A DNA stretch of 64,000 bases from Candidatus Bathyarchaeota archaeon (lineage in GTDB: Archaea; Thermoproteota; Bathyarchaeia; Bathyarchaeales; Bathycorpusculaceae), in the NCBI GenBank assembly GCA_963717465.1, contig OY970340.1:1760001-1824000 (forward strand), in the 5' to 3' direction. The translations under genes and the position numbers were made by a program. Shown one piece after another: positions 11,108-20,198 of this stretch. Within the stretch, counting starts at the first letter, position 1, and each line of letters opens with the position of its first letter. The notes below the pieces were generated by a model, which worked only from the letters and a program-made list of their open reading frames with translations, was not told where the DNA came from and searched no databases.

Positions 11108-12829
11108 TTAAAAAAAGGATGTGAGTTTTGTCTGCTTCTTTTTTTCGTAAGGAAGCTTTTTGCGCATTTTGTTTTTCTTCCAGATGAATGCAAAGGCTGT
11201 GCCGACAAAGAGCGCGCTTAATCCAAAGCCAACAATTAAGGTGATGGTGCTGTTTCTGGTTAGGATATTTAGCAATTCTCTAGTTCCTGCGATAATGGAA
11301 TTGTTATTGGTATTGGCGCTAGCGCTATTATCACTGCTGTTTGTTGCTCCATTATTTCCGCTATTACTATCGCTTGAATTGTTGTTGTTAGTGTTGTTGT
11401 TAGAATTGTTGTTGTTAGTGTTGTTGTTAGAATTGTTGTTGTTAGTGTTGTTGTTAGAATTGTTGTTGTTAGTGCGGTTATTAGCTATAGTGCCGTATTC
11501 TCCTGTAAGGTTGCTTGAGAAAGCGTTTATGAATACTTGACCGCCTTGTGTTGGGTTTAAGCTTGAATCGCACATGGCGAATATTCCGATGTCTCTGAAC
11601 CAGTGTTGACCAACTGAAATGTGGTTTGCAATGGCTATGCTAAAGAGGTTCTGTTCGGCTGTTACTTCGTTTGCTACGTCTGAATCCAGGTTTACGCCTG
11701 TTTCGCTCAAGTACACTGGGTGTTCTTGTGCTACTTGAATTATGCCTTCGGTCACCATTGAATTATAAACGTCACTGTAACTGTAGCATTGTGGTGATAC
11801 TCCAAAAGCGGAGTATGTTCTGTACAAGTGCGTGCCATAGATTATATTTGTGTCATTTAATCCAAGCGCGTTTACCCATAAACTCAGGTTAGTGTGATCG
11901 TCAGTTGTGTCTGTCGGTGCTGTACACCATGAATCAACTTCACACTGAACAACTATTGGTTGACTGTAGCCGACTGCTCGCATGGCCGGGATTGATTCCT
12001 GTATGGCTTGATACCAGTCTGCCTGTGCGCTGCTGCTTAAATCAGTGTTCGGCTCGTTCCACAGTTCTATCATGACGTTAGGATAGGCTTTTAGAATGTA
12101 TGCTTCATTCTGGACGAATGCCACAAAATCGGCAATCGTGTAAATGTAGCTGGTATAGCTTAAGCTATAGGGCGAAAATGGTAACGGGTCTTGTATTGAC
12201 TCTTCGTTGTTTGTCCAATAATCGCTTAACCGGTAATTGCAGACATCAACGTACATTCCTAAACTTTGGGCATCCTGACAAACAATTTCTACTGCTGTCT
12301 GGTAAGGTACTGGTTCAGTGTTTGGATCGCCGCTAATTGATGCTGATGTGGCGTTATTTATCCAGTCCTCGGCATTTACAAGTAATCTGACAGTGTTGAT
12401 TCCCCAACTCTGCATGATTTCAAGTTGAGCTAATACACTTGAATTAAATTGTGCTTCCGAAGTGAAGCTGGAAACTCCATCCCATACACCATCAGGCTCA
12501 TCTGCCATTTCAACTACGTTTACGCTGTGGAGTATTATTTCTTCACCACTGCTGGTTACAATTTCGTTTCCCTGAATATTTAGTGTTGAATTTGCTGTTG
12601 AATTATCAGTGTACATGCTTCCAAAATTTAACGTGCCCCCACTAGTAGTGGCTACTGTTGCAGATGCACTGACGGTCGCGCTTGCTACATTGAAGTTTCC
12701 ACTGCCTAATAATAATGCGTTTGGTAATAGGCTTATCAAGAATACGGCGATTACACAAACTGCAATTATTTTTGCGAATTTACGAGTTGCCATCAACGTA
12801 ATTCGCATTCTTGAATCTTTGATGTTCAA
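11108..12829 (-). CDS. secreted, C-terminally anchored glycoside hydrolase family 5 (cellulase-like)
   Basis: signal peptide; WGINTVRL, ELWNEP (acid/base), THLY, LSETG (nucleophile); Asn-rich linker, TM, basic tail. Confidence 0.82.
   Translation of the reverse strand: MNIKDSRMRITLMATRKFAKIIAVCVIAVFLISLLPNALLLGSGNFNVASATVSASATVATTSGGTLNFGSMYTDNSTANSTLNIQGNEIVTSSGEEIILHSVNVVEMADEPDGVWDGVSSFTSEAQFNSSVLAQLEIMQSWGINTVRLLVNAEDWINNATSASISGDPNTEPVPYQTAVEIVCQDAQSLGMYVDVCNYRLSDYWTNNEESIQDPLPFSPYSLSYTSYIYTIADFVAFVQNEAYILKAYPNVMIELWNEPNTDLSSSAQADWYQAIQESIPAMRAVGYSQPIVVQCEVDSWCTAPTDTTDDHTNLSLWVNALGLNDTNIIYGTHLYRTYSAFGVSPQCYSYSDVYNSMVTEGIIQVAQEHPVYLSETGVNLDSDVANEVTAEQNLFSIAIANHISVGQHWFRDIGIFAMCDSSLNPTQGGQVFINAFSSNLTGEYGTIANNRTNNNNSNNNTNNNNSNNNTNNNNSNNNTNNNNSSDSNSGNNGATNSSDNSASANTNNNSIIAGTRELLNILTRNSTITLIVGFGLSALFVGTAFAFIWKKNKMRKKLPYEKKKQTKLTSFF
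11376..11474. repeat. 27-bp tandem repeat (3 full + 1 partial copy) encoding the Asn-rich linker
   Basis: unit GAATTGTTGTTGTTAGTGTTGTTGTTA at 11376, 11403, 11430; partial at 11457. Confidence 0.95.
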
Positions 12830-13133
12830 TCTTTCTTCCCCCTTTAGGGCTTGGTCTTGTCCTTGACGATATATTATGTTTTTTGAAAAATTGTTTTTTC
12901 AAATCTGCCAAGTTGATGTTTGAAGTTTGTCAACTGGCGTTAACAAAGTTACATAAATTATTATAACAAGCAGTTCAACCTAAATTCAAAGCAATGGACC
13001 AAACTAAACCTAAACATTCGCTAAAATTCCAGATTCATCGGGTTCACATACCATATAGTCCTACTAGTATAGTCCTAATAGTTAGCAAAAACTCAAGCAC
13101 AAGCAAAAAAACACCAGAAAACCCTTAAATTGC

Positions 13134-13187
13134 TGGTGTTGCGGGCAGGATTCGAACCTGCGAACCCCCTACGGGAAAGGATGTCCC
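13134..13187 (-). repeat. duplicate of the tRNA-Leu 3' half (att-like direct repeat)
   Basis: matches 14921..14973 except one substitution and one extra C. Confidence 0.9.
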
Positions 13188-13282
13188 TTCAAGGACCCTG
13201 CCAGCCAAATGTTTGTCTAGAGCCTTCATTTCATTCAACTAAAACAAAGTCTTTTAAATTAATGAGCCTATAAGGGGAAGCC

Positions 13283-14143
13283 ATGGGACCATTTGCACAA
13301 AGGCCGCTCTTGCCCATAGCGAGGCATGCAAAAGAATTAATTGAACATTCATCCGAGCACTTACAAGGTGGCTCTGAAAAGGACCTAATTATTGCTCTGG
13401 TGCACATCGATAACGCTGTCGAAATACTCTTAAAAGAGCACCTACGATTCGATAAAAATGTTTCATGGCGGAAAATCGAGGATAAATTTTTTCCTCAGTT
13501 GCTTGATGATTGCGTCAGTGATTTAGATGCATTGGAAAACAACAAGAGTCAGTTTATTGCTTTCCACGATATTAGAAACGCTCTTTATCACGCTGGAACA
13601 TTTGCGCCGCGAAAAGATGACGTTGAATCCGCAATTTATTTCACTAAACTGCTTTTTAACGAGTTACACCCGGAATTCGCATTCAAAGAATTGAAGGTGA
13701 AGGCAACCCCGAAAGACACAATCCGTTTTTTGGCAAAAGAATTTGGGCGGGACAAGCCATATGCGACTGAAGTGGGTCTCACAAATAAGATTGCTTCATT
13801 AATGCGCAGGCATGGGTATGTAGTGGCGCTAAATCCGATGCTTGGAGGAACTTCTCGGATGGCCGATATGTTGCTTACCAAAGGAAACAAGATCATTGTT
13901 GTTGAAGTAAAGGCTAGGACGACAGGTAAGCGAGTGCTCAACAGTTCAGTTTATCAATTGGCGGGTTACGTCGCCGCTGTGAAACAAGAGAAGAACTCAG
14001 AAGTTGAGGGCTGGCTTGTAACAAATGAAAATTTTAGTTCAGTTGCACGGAAGGCTGCTGAGAAGCTTGAAATTAGGCTTATCTCGGGTAGTGAACTTAA
14101 GAGGCTTTTGTCAGGTGAGTCTATTAGACCTTACTTTTTCTGA
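13283..14143 (+). CDS. HEPN-like domain fused to Mrr-like PD-(D/E)xK restriction endonuclease
   Basis: DNAVEILLK and RNALYH (R-x4-H); ADMLL...VEVK...QLAGY...LVTN...A...AEK...IRLI. Confidence 0.75.
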   Translation: MGPFAQRPLLPIARHAKELIEHSSEHLQGGSEKDLIIALVHIDNAVEILLKEHLRFDKNVSWRKIEDKFFPQLLDDCVSDLDALENNKSQFIAFHDIRNALYHAGTFAPRKDDVESAIYFTKLLFNELHPEFAFKELKVKATPKDTIRFLAKEFGRDKPYATEVGLTNKIASLMRRHGYVVALNPMLGGTSRMADMLLTKGNKIIVVEVKARTTGKRVLNSSVYQLAGYVAAVKQEKNSEVEGWLVTNENFSSVARKAAEKLEIRLISGSELKRLLSGESIRPYFF

Positions 14144-14863
14144 TTTTCTAGCGGTTTCGGGAACTTCTTTTGATTTTAGTCTCTTCAGCTCTTTTCGTAG
14201 CCTGCTTGCCTGTTGGCAGAGATAGGCTTTCTGCTTTTTGTATTTGACATACGCTTGTTTCTGATCCGAGGACAGAGGTTTATCGTTTTCAAAGACCTCA
14301 AGCAGCTTGTTATATTCTCCTATTGCCCACTGGGCATGTCTTAACTCCTGTTCAATTTCTTGTATTCTTAGGTGAGTCTTTCTCTTTTGTATCCACGCAT
14401 CGGCGTTTTTCCGGTGAGTGGCTGCGGCTTTCTGAAGTATTGCGAGTATCTCATCCTTAGAAAAATCGCCTGATATCCTCACGATTTTCGAACCTTGTTT
14501 AACGAGCACTTGATTCTCAGGCGGCTTGAATACAACTTCACTTGCGTTTGGAGGAGGGTTCTTTCCCCAATAGATTCCTACAATCGGACGCGCTTCATTT
14601 TTCCTCTTTCTTTGCTCTAAAATATCAAAAATAAGTTGAGCAATCGCTGCTACGCCTCCAGCAGTTGAAACTACCATAACGACTGTGTTGACAATTAAAT
14701 CAAATGAGCGCGCATGACTGTAAACCCACTTTTCCGCCTCAGTTGGATCTGTATATATAAGAAAATCTGAATCTTCGAATGTGCTCAACTTGTCTGAAAA
14801 TAGTAAGCGGTCATCATTGCCAGCTTCAAATTGGAATTCAAATTTATACGCTTTCGAAGCCAT
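14111..14863 (-). CDS. hypothetical protein with one hydrophobic helix and C-terminal coiled coil
   Basis: 250-aa ORF; VVMVVSTAGGVAAIAQLIF. Confidence 0.6.
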   Translation of the reverse strand: MASKAYKFEFQFEAGNDDRLLFSDKLSTFEDSDFLIYTDPTEAEKWVYSHARSFDLIVNTVVMVVSTAGGVAAIAQLIFDILEQRKRKNEARPIVGIYWGKNPPPNASEVVFKPPENQVLVKQGSKIVRISGDFSKDEILAILQKAAATHRKNADAWIQKRKTHLRIQEIEQELRHAQWAIGEYNKLLEVFENDKPLSSDQKQAYVKYKKQKAYLCQQASRLRKELKRLKSKEVPETARKSEKVRSNRLT

Positions 14864-14920
14864 TTTTCAGCTTCCTTGACAATCTTATCTGATGTTTTTT
14901 TATTTTCGCTTTGATTTGTT

Positions 14921-15071
14921 TGGTGCTGCGGGCAGGATTCGAACCTGCGAACCCCTACGGGAAAGGATGTCCCATTGCGGGGCCATGACAGGCCAAAACG
15001 CGATCTTGAGTCCTTAGCGGAACGCAACATGTTGCGCTCTTTCACCTTTGACCTGGCTTGGTTACCGCAGC
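14921..15071 (-). tRNA. tRNA-Leu(CAA) with two introns and encoded CCA
   Basis: acceptor GCTGCGG/CCGCAGC-ACCA, D arm AAGCCAGGTCAAAGG, anticodon loop CTCAAG(A), long variable arm CCCGTAGGG, T loop GGTTCGAATCC; introns at ~14969..15004 (37/38) and ~15014..15040 (5' side of anticodon stem). Confidence 0.9.
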
Positions 15072-15307
15072 AAATCCAAGGTTATAAAATTGTTAGAATA
15101 CTATCTTATTAATCGTTTCCTGTTTTAAACGCGTTCCCTCGTCTCGCCTTCTTCCCAGAAGACCGCTTTAGCTATTATGAGGGGAATGCACGCAAATAAC
15201 AGCATATAAAAGCCAATAATCTAGTCAAATGCTAGATTTTTATCATCACTATCTAGCCCTACGCGACTTAGAAAGATTTATTTCTAGGCAATTGCATAAT
15301 AGCAATT

Positions 15308-16195
15308 ATGCTAAGCTATTCAGCGCAAACTATACCTCTTTATGAAAGTACCACTCACAGAATTTACTATAAAAACTCTCAAAGGATGAAAGAGATTAAT
15401 GATAACTCAGTTCACCTTATCGTTACATCACCACCTTACTGGAACATAAAGGATTATGGAAACTCTGAGCAAATAGGTTATCCAGACAGTCTTCCAGATT
15501 ATTTTAGAAAACTTGGAAAAGTATGGTCGGAGTGCGTCAGAGTTCTCACTTGCGGTTGCAGGTTTTGTGTCAATATTGGCGACCAATATCTAAGAGCAAC
15601 AGAAGAAACGCCATACCAAATAATTCCATTACATGCCATGTTGGTAAACAGCATTATGGATAAGCACTCAAAAGACATGCTGTATCTTGGAAGCATAATC
15701 TGGAATAAAATTCCAACTACAAAAACAAGTGGTGGAGCGAGCGTAATGGGATCATACGGTCGCCCAAGAAATGGCTACGTAAGCTATAACTATGAATATA
15801 TTGCAATTTTTAAGAAAAAAGGCAAAGACCCAAAACCCGACAAAGAGTTCAAGGAGCGAGCCATAATAGACTTACAAGAATGGCGAGAACTTTTCAACGG
15901 GATATGGACATTTAATGGAGTTAGACAACTAGGGCACATCGCCACATTCCCAGACGAGTTGCCTAGGCGATTAATGCGCATGTTTACTTTTCAGTCTGAT
16001 ACTGTTCTTGACCCTTTCCTTGGAAGTGGCACAACGTCACGAGTAGCATGGGAATTAGGTCGTAATAGTGTTGGTTATGAAATTGGATTCAATACACAAA
16101 CTGACATGGATATGAAAGAGCTTATCAAACAGAAGATTCACTATTATGATACCCCTGTTGATCAGAGGCCCAAAGTTTTTCCAACCTTGACTTAA
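15308..16195 (+). CDS. site-specific DNA methyltransferase (N4-C/N6-A, beta class)
   Basis: VTSPPY precedes DPFLGSGTT; HIATFP. Confidence 0.92.
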   Translation: MLSYSAQTIPLYESTTHRIYYKNSQRMKEINDNSVHLIVTSPPYWNIKDYGNSEQIGYPDSLPDYFRKLGKVWSECVRVLTCGCRFCVNIGDQYLRATEETPYQIIPLHAMLVNSIMDKHSKDMLYLGSIIWNKIPTTKTSGGASVMGSYGRPRNGYVSYNYEYIAIFKKKGKDPKPDKEFKERAIIDLQEWRELFNGIWTFNGVRQLGHIATFPDELPRRLMRMFTFQSDTVLDPFLGSGTTSRVAWELGRNSVGYEIGFNTQTDMDMKELIKQKIHYYDTPVDQRPKVFPTLT

Positions 16196-16308
16196 GAAGC
16201 AAGAAAGCCTTTTCTCAAACAGGCATTCAATTATACAAAAGTCTGGGTTGAATGAACATCCTATTTTCTTCTTAACCCAACAAGATCTAGCAAAGATAAC
16301 CTATTTCT

Positions 16309-16668
16309 TTATAGGTCTTCATCTTTTGGTTCCATCCGTTTTATAAATGTCCCGTTATACTGGTTAAAATTGTCAGTTAGTTTATTGATTCTATCATAAA
16401 TCCCATAAATTCGACCGTTTAAATCTCTTGTGACCTCATTCAGCTCATCTTCAGTTTGCATAATGTAATAGCCACGCTCACAAGAACCTATGGGCAACTT
16501 GGTTCTTTTTATTAATTTAGTTATTAGGCTTCTCGTAGTTGATACTGTATCATCTTCATGCACACCAATCATTTCAGCAATTTTGTTGGATGCTATTGCT
16601 TTTTGTTTGCCTTTATGTTCAATTATTATTTCTTCAATTGCGCTGAGTCTTTGTTCTTCAAGCGACAT
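16309..16668 (-). CDS. small winged-helix-like protein, mobile-element type
   Basis: AIASNKIAEMIG...LIKRTKLPIGSCERGYY. Confidence 0.6.
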   Translation of the reverse strand: MSLEEQRLSAIEEIIIEHKGKQKAIASNKIAEMIGVHEDDTVSTTRSLITKLIKRTKLPIGSCERGYYIMQTEDELNEVTRDLNGRIYGIYDRINKLTDNFNQYNGTFIKRMEPKDEDL

Positions 16669-17013
16669 TTTTCATCTCTAGACTCATAGTTTCTATAAAG
16701 TTTTAAGCGTTTGCACTAGAAGTAAGCGATTGATGCCTAGTGATATATAAAAAAATGAAAGTGTAGCCAATAGTTTTGCGATAGTGAAGATAATTGAACG
16801 ATAGTTTCTTTTTTAGGGTACTGAGGCGTTAGTTGTTTTTGTGGCTGTATACCCTGCTTAGAAGACAAAGCAGTAAGAAAAAAGACTTGTTTTTCCCACA
16901 TGGGTGCAAACGCTATCCAAAAGAATTATTTTTGTGTAACTGCCCCAGAGAGGTAAATATTTTGCATTTTGAACCCAAAACCACAATTTTTAATTGCTTG
17001 AGGGGTGATAGCC

Positions 17014-17184
17014 TTGTCTAAGATGACCCCTGAGTTATTGAATTGGATTATGCAATTCGAAAGCGGGAAGGCATGGTTTAATAAATTAAATTCGCAAGCG
17101 ACAAAAGACGTCTATCTGACAAACCTAAAAAAGTATTGTGAAGCGGTTAATAAGAATCCTGACGAATTGATTATGGGCTTGTAG
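17014..17184 (+). pseudogene. truncated N-terminus of a tyrosine integrase
   Basis: SD GAGGGGTGA then ...WFNKLNSQATKDVYLTNLKKYCEAVNKNPDELIMGL*, resembling integrase N-terminal SAM-like domains (recall). Confidence 0.55.
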
Positions 17185-17368
17185 AAAAAATTGGGCTAAA
17201 AAAATTAAATTCATGCCTTTTAGGTATTGGTTTTTATTAGGAATTTATTCAGGTTTTTAATTGGTTTTTTGTACGGCTTTCAATTTGGGTTTTAAAACAG
17301 GTTTTAATGATGCTCTGTTTTTTTGGCAAATTTACAAAAAGTCGATTATATCCATGTGGCAGGGGATT

Positions 17369-17710
17369 TTAAATTTCATCTAACGGTGGTAACTCTTTTC
17401 CTTCTTTTACCATTTCCATCAGTTTAGATATTTCCTTGTAGTTTCTCCCATAATCCCGTGAAACATCGTACATTATAACAGCACTAATAATTATAAAGGT
17501 AAACACTAAAAGCATGAAACCTATGAAACTCAATGAGAAGAGGCTTTCATAAAGAATTGTAAAAGAAAATATTAAACCGCCAACTAAGAAGGCAATTGCA
17601 TATGACATAACGGTTGTGTAACTTGCGTGAATGCGTTCAGAATAAATTTGAATTTTAACTAAATCAATATCTCGATTATTCGTTTTCTTTGTTTCTTTCT
17701 CTGTTGTCAT
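17369..17710 (-). CDS. small two-TM membrane protein
   Basis: two hydrophobic segments. Confidence 0.6.
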   Translation of the reverse strand: MTTEKETKKTNNRDIDLVKIQIYSERIHASYTTVMSYAIAFLVGGLIFSFTILYESLFSLSFIGFMLLVFTFIIISAVIMYDVSRDYGRNYKEISKLMEMVKEGKELPPLDEI

Positions 17711-18376
17711 GTCTTAGGCTATTTCTACGCTATGACGATTTAACGCTTTGCCATCACTAATAATGAGTAATGAAAAAATTGACTGAGCTTTTAACAAGTT
17801 TATGTTAAAATTGTATAGGGTTTCTTGAGATTTGTAAAATAGTTTGCTCAAAGTTTTTTAGACCATAAAAAGTTTAGTTTTTGTCACTTTTTTGTCACGT
17901 TTTCTCCCAAAAAAATTCAAGGAAAGGGTTAAATTTAGAAAGAACATTAACAGCTATTGGCTTAAGCCAACTGAGGATTAATCAAGTTAACGGAATGGTT
18001 AGTTGCTAACCAAGCCGTGAAGCCATGCCGTAACTTGTCCTCGGTCAATTTCTGAAGTTCTTGGGTTCAAATTCCCGCGAAGTTACATTTACCTATAGGT
18101 AAATTTTACAATATATATTTTACGTTAACGCTTAAAAAAAATTGCTTAAGTGTATACACGAAAAGCTCAGCATCTTAAATATAATAACTTTGATTTTGGT
18201 AAAAGAGGTTTTTGAATCCTTTGCAGGTTCAGGTACTGTAATAATGGGAATTAATTAATCCAAAGAAGCTTGATTTCGTATTTACTTGTCCACCATGCGT
18301 TTTTGCTCTCTTCCGCTAACTTGCATAAAGTGTTAAGTGCTAAACTGCAATAATTAGACTGACTAGGCAAAAGCTC

Positions 18377-19258
18377 TTGAAACAAGTAATAGCACTCTTG
18401 GTTATCAGCTCAATGCTTATTTTTCCTTTATTGATAAGCGGATGTTCTGCCCAAATCGAAGTAATTCCAGAAGAACCTCAATTTGTTATAATCTCCTTTC
18501 AATTTGCTTTTGTTGACCTTAATGGAATCAATACAACGCCTGATTTATACTCGGGCGGTTGGTTTTCTTACAATATTACCATTACTAATGTGGGTAGTTC
18601 TGACCTCAATGCTACTTATACTGTTTCAGTCTATAATCCCGATGATACTCCTAATGGCATCTCAAGGAACTTTACTCTCGACCTAAAGCCGAATCAAAGC
18701 GGCTTGTTATATCCTAACAATACTTTTAGTGCGCCAGATAATATTCAGATAAATACTTCAAATAATGTCAATGCCTATTTTGCCGATACCGCGGGGGCAT
18801 ACAAAGTAAACGTAACCTGTGACACTCAAATTACTTTCCTATACCTTTCGAGCGATAATAGCACTTACAATTATATGCCCAATTATTATCAGATAAGCTT
18901 CGATGCCATGCCGAGTTATCAAGAACAGTTAAATCAAGAACAACAAGAGTTTTATGATAATTATGCTTGGTACGTTCAGCAATTTCAGCAATACAGCCAA
19001 CAAGCAAGCGCAGATGCCGCTAATGCTCAACAGCTTACATATTTTGCAATTGGTTTAAGCATTTTAGCAGCAGTGATTAGTTATTACGCAATATTAAAAG
19101 ATGAAGGGTTGAATAAAAAATCACTAATGTTTTTTTACCATTGTGAGTTGTTATGTTACTCTAATGATTGTCATAATTTTTCCTTACCTTGCCTATTTAG
19201 CTATTACTGCATTTTATATAATCGGAATATTAGTGATTTACCAAGCGGTAAGGATTAG
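18377..19258 (+). CDS. secreted/membrane-anchored hypothetical protein (Ig/CARDB-like domain)
   Basis: signal peptide, YNITITNVG, Q-rich coil, TM; 3' end possibly frameshifted. Confidence 0.65.
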   Translation: MKQVIALLVISSMLIFPLLISGCSAQIEVIPEEPQFVIISFQFAFVDLNGINTTPDLYSGGWFSYNITITNVGSSDLNATYTVSVYNPDDTPNGISRNFTLDLKPNQSGLLYPNNTFSAPDNIQINTSNNVNAYFADTAGAYKVNVTCDTQITFLYLSSDNSTYNYMPNYYQISFDAMPSYQEQLNQEQQEFYDNYAWYVQQFQQYSQQASADAANAQQLTYFAIGLSILAAVISYYAILKDEGLNKKSLMFFYHCELLCYSNDCHNFSLPCLFSYYCILYNRNISDLPSGKD

Positions 19259-19272
19259 AAGGAAGCAAAAGC

Positions 19273-19710
19273 GTGAATCCAATGTGGTATAGTAAACTCC
19301 CAATTGATGAATTTGCCGATGTATTTAATAATCGCTCAACAGTGCGATTAGAGGCAGAGACCTTTTTAACGACTTTCAATGAAAGCAGAAATTTTTCAGA
19401 GGCATTCTATATTTGCAGTCAACGCGAAAACTTTTGTAGTAAAACTTTGAGAGTTAAGCAAATTTTGGCATACGGTAAAATTCCAGAATCCGATAAGACA
19501 CCTTATCATAGAAGACTTGAAAGACAGTTTAAGATTAATTTAAGCAACATGCAACCGCGAGCATGGCTGATTGAAGGCAAAAAAATAATTAGCCCCGAGT
19601 GGAAGCGACAGGGAAAACCGTATATCATAAACCGATTAGTCAGAAAGAACTTTAACAAACAGCAACCCGATGGCGCAAGCGCAAAAATGGCAGAGTTACA
19701 ACCCAATTAA
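19273..19710 (+). CDS. hypothetical protein
   Basis: 145-aa ORF, no recognised motif. Confidence 0.4.
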   Translation: MNPMWYSKLPIDEFADVFNNRSTVRLEAETFLTTFNESRNFSEAFYICSQRENFCSKTLRVKQILAYGKIPESDKTPYHRRLERQFKINLSNMQPRAWLIEGKKIISPEWKRQGKPYIINRLVRKNFNKQQPDGASAKMAELQPN

Positions 19711-20198
19711 AAAAGCCGTGTTACTTGGCAACCATAATTGGCGCGTACAAACCACAGCCAATGCAAACAGAAACCGACAGCAACCGAGACAGCGAAGAAT
19801 CAGATTTAGACGAATTTATGACGAATAGCTGCGATGTGATGTTTCCCAGCGATGAACCAACGGAGATTTAATCGAAAGTTTTTTGAGTGAATAAGAGAAT
19901 ATAGAAGTGGATAAGAAAATGAGAACCAGAAAATCAAAAAATCGGAAATAGTTACCGCTCTGGATTTAGCTATTTTTGTGTATTTACTCTATGAATGTCT
20001 AGCTAATCCTCGATTTAAGGGTCTTTCGAATAAAAACCTTTATTAGAAAGCTGTGTAGCAATTGTTTGTGCCCTTGGGAAATATAGGAGATCCTTTTTCA
20101 TTTGAATGATCCTTTATCGGAGGAATTTGAAGATTGAAAGAAATGATATTTACTAAAAATTATCAAATTATAAGAACGTTTATTGGAGAATTGATTAA

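Larger units (their letters stand above)
13134..14973. mobile_element. tRNA-integrated mini island, no integrase inside
   Basis: bounded by the tRNA 3'-end direct repeats; contains two convergent genes. Confidence 0.7.

Noticed and set aside
11376..11474. Repeat array as CRISPR
   Set aside because: No spacers; it is a coding VNTR. No CRISPR array or cas gene was seen in the window
13134..13187. Second or split tRNA gene
   Set aside because: Only the 3' half is present, with a substitution and an extra base; better explained as an att duplicate
14785..15045. 86-aa ORF over the tRNA
   Set aside because: Overlaps tRNA-Leu; spurious
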